Origin: Microthyrium microscopicum
Lineage: Eukaryota
Length of the DNA stretch: 64,000 bases
Reading direction: 5' to 3'
Assembly: GCA_010405405.1 (NCBI GenBank)
Contig: MU004234.1
Location: 833,275-897,274, forward strand
A model generated the notes under the pieces. The model was given only the letters and a program-made list of their open reading frames with translations, ran no database searches and had not been told where the DNA came from. Made by a program: the position numbers and the translations under genes. Positions 52,091 through 64,000 of the stretch are shown piece by piece. Numbering within the stretch: the first letter of the stretch is position 1; the number at the start of each line of letters is the position of its first letter.

Positions 52091-52382
52091 AGGCTTTCTT
52101 ATCAATAAATGTCATCTGTTCTATCTCTGGCTTGTCATATGAGATTGGGCTGGAGCCTGGAGTTCGATGCATCGCGACTTCCCTTCCTGTTCTGCACCTT
52201 CCGTCTTTTCATGGCTGCTGTCCTAACTTCATCTCCTCCATTTTGCCACCGACCTTTCTTCTCTACCACTCTCATTTTTCTCATTCTTGTCTTGGAATCG
52301 GGATTTTGTCATATTCACTGCTGTCTTCATTCTGGGTGCTTACCTGTCTCAATTTGGCCGTCGTGCCACACCAGAACACAAT

Positions 52383-55300
52383 ATGGACAATCTATCACCC
52401 ATCTATGAACGATCTGACGAAGACGCTCAAGGAGAAAGCTTCAATCGAGATCGTGCTCAGCGAGTTCAGCATGTTCCCACTGTCGATCGGGGTGTCCCAT
52501 ATGACATATCAGCTAGACCAGACACTGCAAGCTCTGATGTTGAGCAGTTCAGATATCCTGCATATGACCGGCGCACTACATTTGCGAGCGCTGCCTCCAA
52601 AGAGCCTGCACCAAATAGAGGTGAGCAATGTTCAAACTTGATAATAGCTTGTGCATAGCTGATGCAACAATAGGCCCACTGGTCATGCCTCCGGGAGTTG
52701 TGGTGCGTGGAATGGGCCCGACCCGCACACTCTCAGCAAACTCCAACGCATCAACAGCGCCAGATGATCGTGTTAATCTGATACCAGAGGATGATCGGTC
52801 ACTGCGGTATACTCCACGTGGTTCTCCAAAGCCGGCAAACCAGAACATTCTACCTGATCAGGTCAAGGACACGGAAGATGTTGCCAAATTCCATGATCAA
52901 GGACCTGCTAAAAATGCTCTGGCAAATGCTGATATGGACCTTGACAACTCTGTTGAGGACCAAACAGCTACTGGCCTGGCGGCATTTGCTAAAGCCGATA
53001 GCCCTTTGAATGGGAACCGTCCTGAGTCGAAGCTGAGACGAAATGGTATGAACACAAAGCGGACAGGCAACAGAAAAAAGAAGCAGAAAAAGCCCCAGCT
53101 GGAGCTTCGTGAAATCCAGCATAGTACTGATCTAGATCCTGGAAACGTGCAAGACGAGCCTATCAATGATGCAAATGGGAGCAAAGGCATTCGCCACTCA
53201 CCTGAATCCCATGAAGAGCGAGGCTATTCCCCACAACTCAATCCTGATCAACAAGAGCCATTTGTGCAAGAGCCACCGCATGAACAGGGTCACGGTCTCC
53301 AGGCGAATGCAGAGTCAGGTCATCTCCAGGAGCCTTATCAGAATGGCGTTCATCAAGAGGAGCATCCTCACTCCCACGAAATTCACAATGGGAACAATCA
53401 TGGCATGCCCATCATTGATTCTGCTCCAGACGTACATCAGCCAGCTGTGGATCATGACATCTTGCATCAAGTTGCGGCCTCGCATGGACAAGTCCGAGTC
53501 AGCAGAAAGCGACCAAAAAAAGCCCCAAGACACTCCCCACAGCCTCCACAGCCTGTGCAGAAACCTGAGCCCAATCATGTCCAGCGTGCTTGCAACGTCA
53601 TGACCGCGGTCTTCGAGGCACAAGCGCAGGATATGGAGAACCTCAAGACCGAACTTGAGAGCAAACGCTATGAACTTAGCGAGCTATGTCACCGTTACAA
53701 CAATCTTGTGACCGTGAATGATGATCATGAGATGGAAATCTTGGATCTGCAGCAAAAACTCGACAACTTGGAGCTAGAAATTCCCCGACTTTCATCCATT
53801 GCAGTTGCACTGGAACAGTCCACCCAGAACCACGGAGATTTACTAAATTCTCAGGCTGAATTACATCAATTGCACAAGGCAGGACTGCAAGATGCGTGTA
53901 GCGAAGCATCTCTGTTCAAGCCCCAACTAGAGATAGCACTGGTCGAGCTTGAAAAGAAACAAGCCGAGTTGAAAGAGCTGCGAACACAATATATTGAGTT
54001 GAATATCTCCATCAACGCTCGCCTCCGCGAGTTGGAGCGCGAGAATGCCAGTTTTCAGGAAAAGCTGCGACAAAAGGACGAACTCCTAGTTGCGGAAAAA
54101 GACAAATTTAACAAGATCGAGGAGCGATTGGGCAGTGTCTTGCTGGACAAGGAATCAAATGTCGAATCCAAAGTGCAAGAAGCGGAAACCAAAATCTTGA
54201 ACGTTATGTCTGATCTGCAGTCCGTCCTGAAAGTTGTTCAAGATGGCCAGAAGCCAGCTGACACCATCGACCCAAATGAAATACTCTCCTTGGTCAAAGA
54301 GTTGCATTCGCGACAGTATGTGTCTGTGGATGATTTTGCCAAAGTCGATGGACTGCTGTCAAGCATTAAAGGCCGGTAAGTCTCGACACGTTCTGGTAAT
54401 GTTTGATAGTTTGTACTAACATTGATAGCTTGGATGACCTCGCGTCTCGTCCAGTGCCACTTTCTTCCGAGGCGGGCACCACTACCGTATCGGTCGACTA
54501 TGGTCCAGACATCCGAAAGATTGAGTCTATCGTACAGACTCTCCGATCCGACATGCTATCTTCAAAGTCTCTTCAAGAGAAAGTTGATGCTCTGAAAGAG
54601 GAAAATTCTGGCCTTCAAGCTCAGATGCTTTCAAAAGCAGATCATACCTCGGAATTAGAGGAGATCCGGAGTACCTTGACAGAGGATAAAAGCACCGCTC
54701 TTGCGAATCTTGCAGATGCTACCCGTGAATTGGCTGAAATTGAGAAGCGACATGCGGAGGAAACCGCGAATCTTGCTGCGGAGCTTTTGCAAGCTCGCAG
54801 TGAGCTTCAGCTGGCAACGGAGTTATCGACAACGACTCAGGGTGATCTTCAAGCTCTCAACGAGAAACTGCAAGAGGCGGAAGCGAAAGTGACCAAGCTG
54901 GACGACGCCAAAGTTCTTGCCGAACAGGAGGTATGCTCTACAACATAGAAATTTTGACTTCTTGAGTTTGGCTAATCACTTCATAGACCCAGAAACAAAT
55001 TTCCGAGATCAAAGAGGCAATGTTAAAGTCCTCCAAAGATGTCCTGGAAAACAAAGAGGCCAAATTTGCAAATGACATGCACCAAGCAAACCGAAAACTT
55101 GATGAGGCTGAGAAGAACATCAAGAAGGTGGAGATTCGGCTTTCCCTGGCAACCAAGACTGCTGAGGAATTATTTGAAGAAAACAAGACCTTGAAGGCTG
55201 AACGTGAACGAGCGGCTCAAGATCTGTCGGAGAAGCACAAGGCAGAACTGGCTCAACAGAAGCAGTTTGCCTTAGAGAGCCTTCGCCTCAAACTTGATGA

Positions 55301-57137
55301 GCAACGCCTTGATCTGCAGGGAAAGACGTGGACCAATCTAGAGGCGGTTCGAAAAGTACATGCCCAAGAAGTTGAGGCACTCAAACATGACCACGATCAG
55401 TGGATCCAGGAGCTAGGCGGGAAACATCAAGCAGAGATGAGCCAGCAAAAAGATCGCTTGGAACAAAACCTTCGCCACGATATCGAGACTCAGCGTCTTG
55501 AGCTTGAAGGCAAATTCGCGTCAGAGCGTGAGACTTTCAGAGAGCAGCTTGACCAGGTTCAGCAAGAACTGGAGGGTTCCAAGAACAAGATTGTGCAGAT
55601 TCAAGGTGACGCTGAAAAGCAACTGAGCCAAGAACGAGAGCAGTCCCGTCTCGAAAAGGCCAACCTGAAGAAGAAATGCGAAGAGATCGAAGCCAAGGCA
55701 AAGGCATTCCTAGACTCGCAGATGGGTAGGTTGCATGAACATCGCCAAGAATTTACTACGCAGCAGAGTGAAAGCCAGAATATTCTGCGAAACAGCCAAC
55801 ACCGAGAAGTCAGCGGAGGAAGCCAACTGGAATCTATTGAGAGACATAGTCGAGGTGTTCAACGTAGCCCACGTCCTCACTCTCAAGCTATGACTCGACG
55901 CTTCGTGGAGTCTGTTGATATTGAAAATCGTATGGATCCACGACGTCGCAATACACAAGTACCACATGGCTCCCACACTCTTTCCGATGTGGGCAAGAAA
56001 GCTTTGTCTCACCTGAGACCACCTACTGCGGAGGAGATGCTTTATGGAGGAAAGGGCGTACAGAACAAACCCAGTTCGGAGCTTTCCACCATCTCTTACA
56101 AGGCAACTCCTCCGGACCTCGTTCAACGACGGGGCACTGTGAAGGTCACAGGCCCGGCGTATGGTCAACAATCCACTAGCCATCGGGAGGAGGCCGAGAA
56201 TTTGATGCTACCGCCGGACAGACTCTTTGCGCCCCTGAGAGTTTCTGCAAACCCATTCCTGGGGAACGATGTGTATCGTTCGATAAGCCCACCAGCTGGC
56301 CTCGAAACAGTGGATGATCGAGGCAAGACAATTGCAAGCTTTGACATCTACAAGCATAAAAATCACATCCCAAGATCTAGCGTACCACCTTCGTCAAGAG
56401 GTAGTATCGGCGGGGAATCAGTTCTTGTCGAGAAAGCCCATCGTCGTCAGAGCACAGTCCTAGTAGAGGAAACGCAGAATGAAGATGAGTTTGGAGAACC
56501 AATTATTCCAGGACGAGCTAGATTGATCAACGAGGGGTCACACTTGAGTCGTATCGAAGAAACCCAGTTGAGCTCTCCATACAATTCTTACTCGGGTCGC
56601 ACTATGGCGCAGGTAAGTCCAAAGACTGACGGTTGATTATGGGATGGTCAAGTATCGCACTAACGCTTCCAGACCAGTCCTGCCCAACGATCAGAGGTGG
56701 AAGCGCTGAACGATCTAGCCGGTGACATTCTTGCAATGATTCCAGACACCTCCGAGGAGGCAACTCAGAAGGAAGACCGACCCCGCATCTTTCGATCGGG
56801 TACTACGAAACGCCATGCGGAGACTGATGCTGATGATGCTCCTCATCCAAAGCGGATCAGCTTGATCGTTCGCCCTCCAGCCACACCAAGCACTTCCACT
56901 GGCCGCGCCAAGTCGAAGGCCCCAATTGATATCGAAAGTGGACTATCATCTCAAGACCGGCGAGTTATGACGCGTAGCAAGTCCGTCAGAGGCGCGCATG
57001 CCCAGAATGACAAGCACAGCGAACATCGACCTTCTAGTCGTATGCCTGTGGTAGAATCCAAAGCTATCAAACGAGGAAGCAAGAAATATGGTTCTGGTAC
57101 AGCGATGAAGGACCGATTCGCGCGAGAGCTGCAGTAG
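52383..57137 (+). CDS. Large (~1500 aa) coiled-coil protein with disordered termini; introns about 52621-52673, 54376-54429, 54931-54986, 56613-56672
   Basis: Long Glu/Gln/Lys/Leu-rich heptad-like ORFs joined in frame by GT-AG introns. No family recognised. Confidence 0.75.
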
Positions 57138-58102
57138 AACTTGCAATCGTGATACCATGCGCGTCCAACACGGGAACTGCGCGAACAGTCCAACATTCTA
57201 TCGCAAGCAGAATACTCCGACAAAGCCAATAGCATAGGAAAGCATGATTGACAGATACAGGGATTTAGCACAACATCGGTTAAAAATGGAGTAGCCAATT
57301 GAGGGAAGGTTCAAGAAAGACATTTCGACGTCAGACTGTAGGAAGAAAGAAGAGAAACAAAATATGGTCATGTCATGTAGTATTTAGCTCGAGCTTGAAT
57401 ATCATACAGCGATTTATTGAAACAGGGTATCTGAGGGGAGCCATGGGTGTGATGAATGCAATATACGTGGTATGTATCGGGTGATGTTCTTCTTTCCTCT
57501 TTTGGAGTATTTTTACTTTCCGCGCTTTTGTTCGAGGAAGAGAACCTTTTTCCGTACTAGGAGTTATGTCAGCGCGTGCTTTCTCAGAAGAGTTGAGTAG
57601 AATTGGCGCAACTCGGTGTCGGCCATAGGACGGGTTTGGGATCGAATCCCAGGCCAAAGTATAGGAGTCTACACGTACCGACTGGATCGTATTTGAGGAA
57701 ACTTAGTGGTCGACTTGTTCGTGGACGGGAGAAGGTTTTGAAGTAGCCGGTCATGGCCATTGAGAGGACTCGGACTGATATTATTCGGGATTTGACTGCA
57801 CAAATGAGTCAGCAAGAGACTTTGCATGACAGCAGAAGCGTTAGGACGCACCTTTTTTCGCCATTTTGCCGATTGACAACTTGTCGTTGGTGTTTTCTGG
57901 TTGTTCAGATGAGCTTTGAGACGAAACGATGCTTGTAGTCGGCTGTCTTGCCGAAACGGACAGGGGTCTCGGCATGCCGAGCCTAGCTCATTAAAGCTCG
58001 ATGTCCATTGACCTCATTGTGAAAAGTTGAAAACATAAACACGTCACTTTGCACCTTTCGACCAACATCGCAGCATTGACGATTCTCGCGCTCATAATCG
58101 CA

Positions 58103-60490
58103 ATGCCACCCCTCGCAATCCCCCTCTTCGCCGCCCGCCAACTAACCCTCCTTGAAGCCGAACTCGCCGCCGAAACAGCCGAGTCCTCCGCCCTCACCAC
58201 CACACTTTCCCCCGCTGCCCTACAGCGCGCTGGTGCTGCGCTGATAAATCTATGTGTTGCCGCAACGCGCACCGGTTTTGGCGGGAAGACTGTGTTGGAT
58301 TTGGAGCCTGACTCGGCGACGGGCGGTGAGATGGCGGAACATGGATTGCGGGTGGGTGATATTGTGAGAGTACAGGAGATGGTTGGGGGAAGCGCGAAGA
58401 AGCGTGAGAAGGCGGAGGTGGAGAAGAGAGGTGTACAGGGTGTTGTTAGTCGGGTTTGGGCAGGGAAGATTGCAGTTGCTGTTGATGGGGAGGGAGAGGA
58501 GTTGGGGATGGGGGGACGGCTTTGGATGTATGTACTGCACTTGTTGGGCAGGAGATGAGTACTGATGGGATTAGTGTCAAATTGGCGAACGATGTCACGT
58601 ATAAACGGTAAGTTGTTTTCAGATTGTAATTTGAGACGAGATGCTGATATGGATGTAGAATGAACGATACCATGAAAAAGCTAACTACGCTTGCCGAAAC
58701 CAACTCCACGACAGAACTGATGAACGTCCTTTTCGGCCATACCACACCCAGAATCCCTAGCGCATCGACACTCGAATCTCTCAACATAACCTGGCAATCG
58801 CCGCATTTCAACGACTCCCAAAAACACGCCATCCGCTTCGCCCTCGCCTCTCCCGACCTAGCTCTCATCCACGGCCCACCGGGTACAGGCAAGACCCACA
58901 CCCTCATCGAACTCATCCTACAACTCCTCGCCCTCAATCAGCGCGTCCTCGTCTGTGGGCCCTCCAACATCTCCGTCGACAACATAGTCGAGCGACTCGC
59001 TCCACATAAAATCCCGCTCGTAAGACTAGGTCACCCAGCGCGTCTGCTACCTGCTGTTCTCGCACATTCACTTGATGTGCTCACGCAGACTTCATCGGCG
59101 GCAGCGCTGGTGAGGGATGTAAGGGCGGATATTGACTCCAGACTGGCACAATTGAAGACTACACGCGGGAAGGCGGCACGCAGTGCTGTATATGGCGAGG
59201 TCAAGGAGCTGCGGAAGGAGTATCGTGAGCGCGAGCGGGGTGTTGTGGGCGGTGTGGTTGGTGCGGCTCGTGTGGTGTTGGCGACGCTGCATGGTGCTGG
59301 TGGACGGCAATTAAGAGGGCAGAAGTTCGATGTAGTTGTGATTGATGAGGCTGGGCAGGCACTTGAGGCGCAGTGCTGGGTGGCTTTGGTGGGTGCGCGG
59401 AAAGTGGTGCTGGCCGGTGATCATTTGCAGTTACCGCCGACTGTTAAGGCCGCTGATAAGAGTTCGAAGGAGAAGAAAGAGAAAAACGACGGCGGGGAAA
59501 AGAAATCGAGCTCCGCGGAAGAGAAGGCAGAGGAGAAGGAAATGAGTAAACTTACGCTGGAGACGACATTATTTGATCGCATGCTGAAGCTACACGGCTC
59601 AGAGATCAAGACGATGCTAACAACGCAGTATCGCATGCACGAGAAGATCATGGCTTTCCCATCCGAAGAGCTCTATGATTCCAAGCTCGTTGCAGCAGAT
59701 TCTGTAAAAGATCGACTACTCAAAGACCTGCCATATGGCGTAGAGGGCACAGATGATACGCGCGAACCACTTGTCTTCTGCGACACACAAGGCGGCGACT
59801 TCCCCGAGACGAACGAGGAAGAAGAGGTAGGTAAGAAAGCCGGTCCAGGTCTCAAATTCGGCGAAAGCAAGTCCAACTCTGGCGAAGCCGCCATCGTCAA
59901 GAAGCATGTCAAAGATCTAGTCAACGCTGGCGTCAAGCCCGAAGACATTGCAGTTGTAACGCCATATAATGCGCAACTGGCCCAGCTAGCTCGCATGCTA
60001 AAAGAAGCCTACCCTGGCCTCGAATTAGGCAGCGTAGATGGTTTCCAAGGCCGCGAGAAGGAAGCGGTGATAGTCAGCCTCGTACGCAGCGGCGGCGAAG
60101 TAGGCTTCCTCGCAGAGAAGAGACGCTTAAACGGTAAGATGCCGTTTGCCGCAAGATCCGCCCAGATCCTGCACACGTGAGTATATTTGCGTTCTGGCTA
60201 ACATTGCGTGTGTATAAAAGTAAGCATGACTAGACCAAAGAGACACCTATGTGTGGTCGGCGACTCGGCCACTTTGACAAAGTAAGTTTTTTTCATATCC
60301 GACAAACGCCACTACATATCCTGGAGAAGCGAAACAATGGTCCGGCCCGTTTTAGTGTATCTACATCATCTGACCAGATCGTGTGTATTGTAGAGGAAGC
60401 AAGTTTCTTAAACGCTGGATGGCCCATTTGGAGGAACATTCTGATTTGCGATATCCGAATCCTGCCGAGCTCGAATATGAGGATAGCTGA
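58103..60490 (+). CDS. HCS1: SF1 (Upf1-like) helicase Hcs1/IGHMBP2 (SMUBP-2); multi-exon
   Basis: Motifs IHGPPGTGKT, CGPSNISVDN, IDEAGQALE, AGDHLQLPPTV, LTTQYRMH and VDGFQGREKE. Includes a micro-exon about 58575-58607 (VKLANDVTYKR). Confidence 0.92.
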
Positions 60491-62436
60491 AGCTACTTTA
60501 CAAACTTGACATTCCAAAAAACCATTCCCTTTGGTCTGGCCAGCCTGTTAGCCGTTGGGAAATATGATCGCCCTTTTGACAGCCGCCGGGGACCGCTGGG
60601 GACTGCTGGGGACCAGGTTTTGAACATTGGTCCATCTGTTTAGATTTGTTCATATCCCAGCAACTTTGAGATATTCATTTCTGAGTGGTTGGAATTGTCC
60701 CGCAGTAGAGGTTCACTTGTTATATGCAAGCTGCAAGAAAGGTGCATATTGACATGGACATGGGCGCACGCATTAGGGGTTTGCATTTGGACCAGCGGAC
60801 CTGCATGTTACAATAACCATTTACCATTCTTCGCCCCACACCTTTGAGTCTTATTGTTTTTGAAGGAAAAGAAAGCGTCTGGGTGATATGTGCGCATCGT
60901 ATATGTCAGATGCATACAGCTAGGAGAAATAAATCGAATCATACATCGATATCAAAAATGCAAGATATCGCTCCATCAAATGCCTCGTAGCTACCAATTG
61001 TCGTAGCGGTTGCAATAATGAACGTGAGGTTGGTGGTTAATAGTTATGCAAATCGGGGTCACTCCGCGTGCTCGTTCTCGCTTGACAAGCGATGGATCAT
61101 CCTCTCCATTTTTCAAAGAAAACGCCAACAAATGCGTTGTCAAATCCCAAGACGGGAATTTTGGCGAGAGGCAATGATTCGTTGGATATAACGTGTTGAT
61201 CGATAAAAAGATAACAGTTACTAGTGCACTGTGGCGGGTTTGACAGCAGCGTGGCGTCTTTTTGATGGTTGGTCAATTGATATCATTGGCATCGATTGGC
61301 ATCTGGATATGTCTGAGAACGGGAGGTTGTGTTTAAGACATTGATGGTTTAATGTATCCGAGGCTCCGACAACGGCGAACATATATTCAAGCATTGGAAG
61401 CATTATCGATCTTGTCAGCTTGTCTGCGGTAGAAAAAGGAATCATAGAGGGCCTTGTAACGTCACGCGAGATAATCCGACACGTCGATTTCTCGTACTTG
61501 AGCGACGCGCAAATACGAAACATGGCAAGATGCAGCAGCGCACCGTCGGTAGTAACCACACAACCAAGCCCATAAGCCGTCGCTGATAATTAGTAACGTT
61601 GCACGACAGATCAACGGCGCTTCCGCCCAAGAGATAGGATCATGGATTATGGAGTTGGTGATCTATCATGGACTTGGTAAAGTTGCTTTGCTGTGGATGA
61701 GGGAGGGGGACCTAATGCAGGCTAATTAGGCAAGTTTTGTGTCAGAATTGGGAATGTTGGGAATGATGGGTTGAGAAGACATGGCGCTAGTTTGAACTTG
61801 CTGCAGGCACAGGTTGGGACATCTGACAGAAACGCTGGAGTGAATGGTGGTGTGGGTGGAAAAGTGGATTGAGGATGTTGGCTTGCGTTCATGATAGCGG
61901 TATGATTACGATTGCGATTTGAAGAGGCAGACGCTATCAAAAGGCGTGTGATATTGGAAGTGATGTGGTTAATGTCGGCTTTGAGACATGTATAATGAGG
62001 ATATAATTATAGAATAAAGGATGGAGGATGGAGGATTAATGGAGGTTGGGTTGATCATTGAGCACTGAGCAGCGGGAGCCGTGTCTGAAACGGAAGGCCA
62101 CTTGGACCACACTGCCGTTTTCGATAATCCCTGTTGTGATCCACCTATCCTGGTCCATTATCTGGTAATTCTTGGTGTTTTATTTTTTTCTAATCCGTAC
62201 TTGACAGTTGACTTCAACTCCTGAATCCAGATTTTGATGTCTACGTTAAAAGTTCTATAAGCTGACCAAAACTACATCTTATGTTACCTTGCTTTTTTAT
62301 ACTATGTATGACTACACATCTGTCTTATTCCCGCTGACTCTGCCTAATTCAGACATGCCTTGATCGACATTCAGTGCAGTATCCACGTTGCTATCCGCCA
62401 TAAACGTTCCTGTCTCTAGATGCACTTGTTATGTAT

Positions 62437-63843
62437 CACAGCCACCGCAGTAACTCACGGCGCAGGGGCCACATCCCCTATTTTCCCACCCTTCAACCAG
62501 AATTAGATTTTAGTTAATTAATAATATCTCAACCAATATGGCTCTAAACAAGACCCAAAGACATGAATATGATACCCCTTGTAAAGCTCGCTTCTTTGAA
62601 GCCCTTAAAAATAAAGAAAACTACCCTTTCTTCGCTGCGATTTGCCGTTCCAAAGGAATTAAGATTCTACTAGCTACTGGTCGCCGTTGGGCTTTAGAAT
62701 TTGAACGACGAGGAGATCTGGCCTGTCGAAGTATAAGGAAACAATCTACGAAGCTAGGAGCACCTAAATGAGTCCCTAATGAAGACCTTTAGGCTATATT
62801 TAGCCCGTTATACTCCTTATATATGACGCCTTATGAAGCTATGCCTTTCAACCTCAAAACAAGACAACTTTAGATAAGATTTAAGAAGCTTAGAGCTCGT
62901 AGGCATAAACGGCGAATTATAAAGAAGATCTCTAAACGGAATAAGAAGCTTAGGAGGGAGTACGGCGAGCAATATAAAGGCAAAATAATTACTAGCTTTT
63001 AGTAGAACGTTTACTTTACGGATAAAGCCTATTTTAACTCTCTTAACTTAACAAATTATTAAGATTATAAGATTAGTTAAGAAGGACATCCTAAGGATCG
63101 TTTATCGCCTTAAGAGATTAACAAATCGCCCTTAAATGTTACACTTTACATTGCTGCCAGTATATCTTATCGTTAAAAGGGAATCTTTATGTTTTATAAT
63201 GATCCAAGAGATCTTGCCGTCCCTAAGCCTTGTAAACCACTAAAACTAAGGCGTAGAAAGGCTAAAACGGAGGAATAGTTCCAAGAATGTCTAAAAGAGC
63301 ATGAAGTAAGGCTACCTTATGATTTTGAGGTCAAACCAAAAGGGAACTTAATGACGCAGAAGTTTTATACTAAGGAGGTCCTTAGTAAACACGTTGAAGA
63401 GATAAAGGCCTTAGAAGCTCGTTATTCAGAGAGATTTTGGTTCTAAGAGGATAACGATCTAAGCCATGGAACTAGAAGCTAAAACAACATCGTTGTGGAC
63501 TTTAAACGAGCTGTAGATCTTTAGATTCTTCATTATTGTGCACAATCTCCTAATCTTAATCCCATAGAAGTAATTTGGAACATTATAAAGGGTAGACTTA
63601 GAGATAAATCTTGGGAAATGGTTGCTAAATTCAAGGCCGCAATTTTGGCTGAATGGCAACATATAACCATGGCAGAAATTCAACGACGGATTTCTGAGAT
63701 GCCTTAGAGGTGTCTTGATGTAATACAGTTGAAAGGAGAACGAATTAAGTCTAAACGGTGGTGATATAAATTGATATTTAATATCTAATATTCTGATTTT
63801 GTGCTTGGTGGTCCCTGCGCCGTGAGTTACTGCGTGGGCTGTG
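62437..63843 (+). mobile_element. Tc1/mariner-superfamily DNA transposon with a RIP-inactivated transposase (62538-63764)
   Basis: ~36 bp TIRs CACAGCC..GCAGTAACTCACGGCGCAGGG.CCAC with TA at the ends. Transposase remnants YFTD(K), (Q)EDND and QSP(N)LNPIE.IW, with many TAA/TAG stops. Confidence 0.9.
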
Positions 63844-64000
63844 TATGGTCAAGCATACGCATACATAATTATATGTACACTCCTCAATTACTGTCTACTA
63901 GTTTACGCCCATCTGAGCCAGATATTGATATTATAATCCTTCTCTCTGATCCTCCGCATCTCTCCCTCTCTCTCTCTTTCCTTTTACCTCCGATGGCATC

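Noticed and set aside
60586..60616. GGGGACYGCT x3 micro-repeat, and the (CT)n tract near 63960
   Set aside because: Ordinary short simple repeats with no supporting context.
60900..62400. Small minus-strand ORFs between HCS1 and the Tc1 element
   Set aside because: No convincing start, splice model or motif.

Overview
Filamentous ascomycete (Pezizomycotina-type) genomic DNA in which intron-containing genes alternate with very AT-rich, RIP-mutated transposon blocks (1-9426, 14438-23826, 42340-50023, plus a less mutated Tc1-like element at 62437-63843). The standout gene is an intact, three-exon, full-length nitric oxide synthase (oxygenase + FMN + FAD/NADPH domains, about 1142 aa, 10087-13659). 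It sits in a 5 kb island between two same-orientation copies of a ~9.6 kb Ty3/Gypsy retrotransposon. That element appears to carry an extra ~500-codon antisense ORF, and its complete copy (TSD GCGTC) separates the RPA3 gene from a cluster of MCB-like boxes. Other genes: MFAP1/Spp381-like, importin KAP123 (with an intronic snR71-like C/D snoRNA), an Asn-rich secreted protein with a likely alternative C-terminus, BUD22, a DUF4188 protein, a CFEM-like/7TM membrane protein, a P450 pseudogene, a long coiled-coil protein and an HCS1/IGHMBP2 helicase. The right-hand AT block is a head-to-tail Mutator-like dimer under one 9 bp TSD. One monomer hosts a tRNA-headed SINE-like insert with a 17 bp TSD and the other hosts a small TIR element. 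All calls come from manual reading; no database searches were run.
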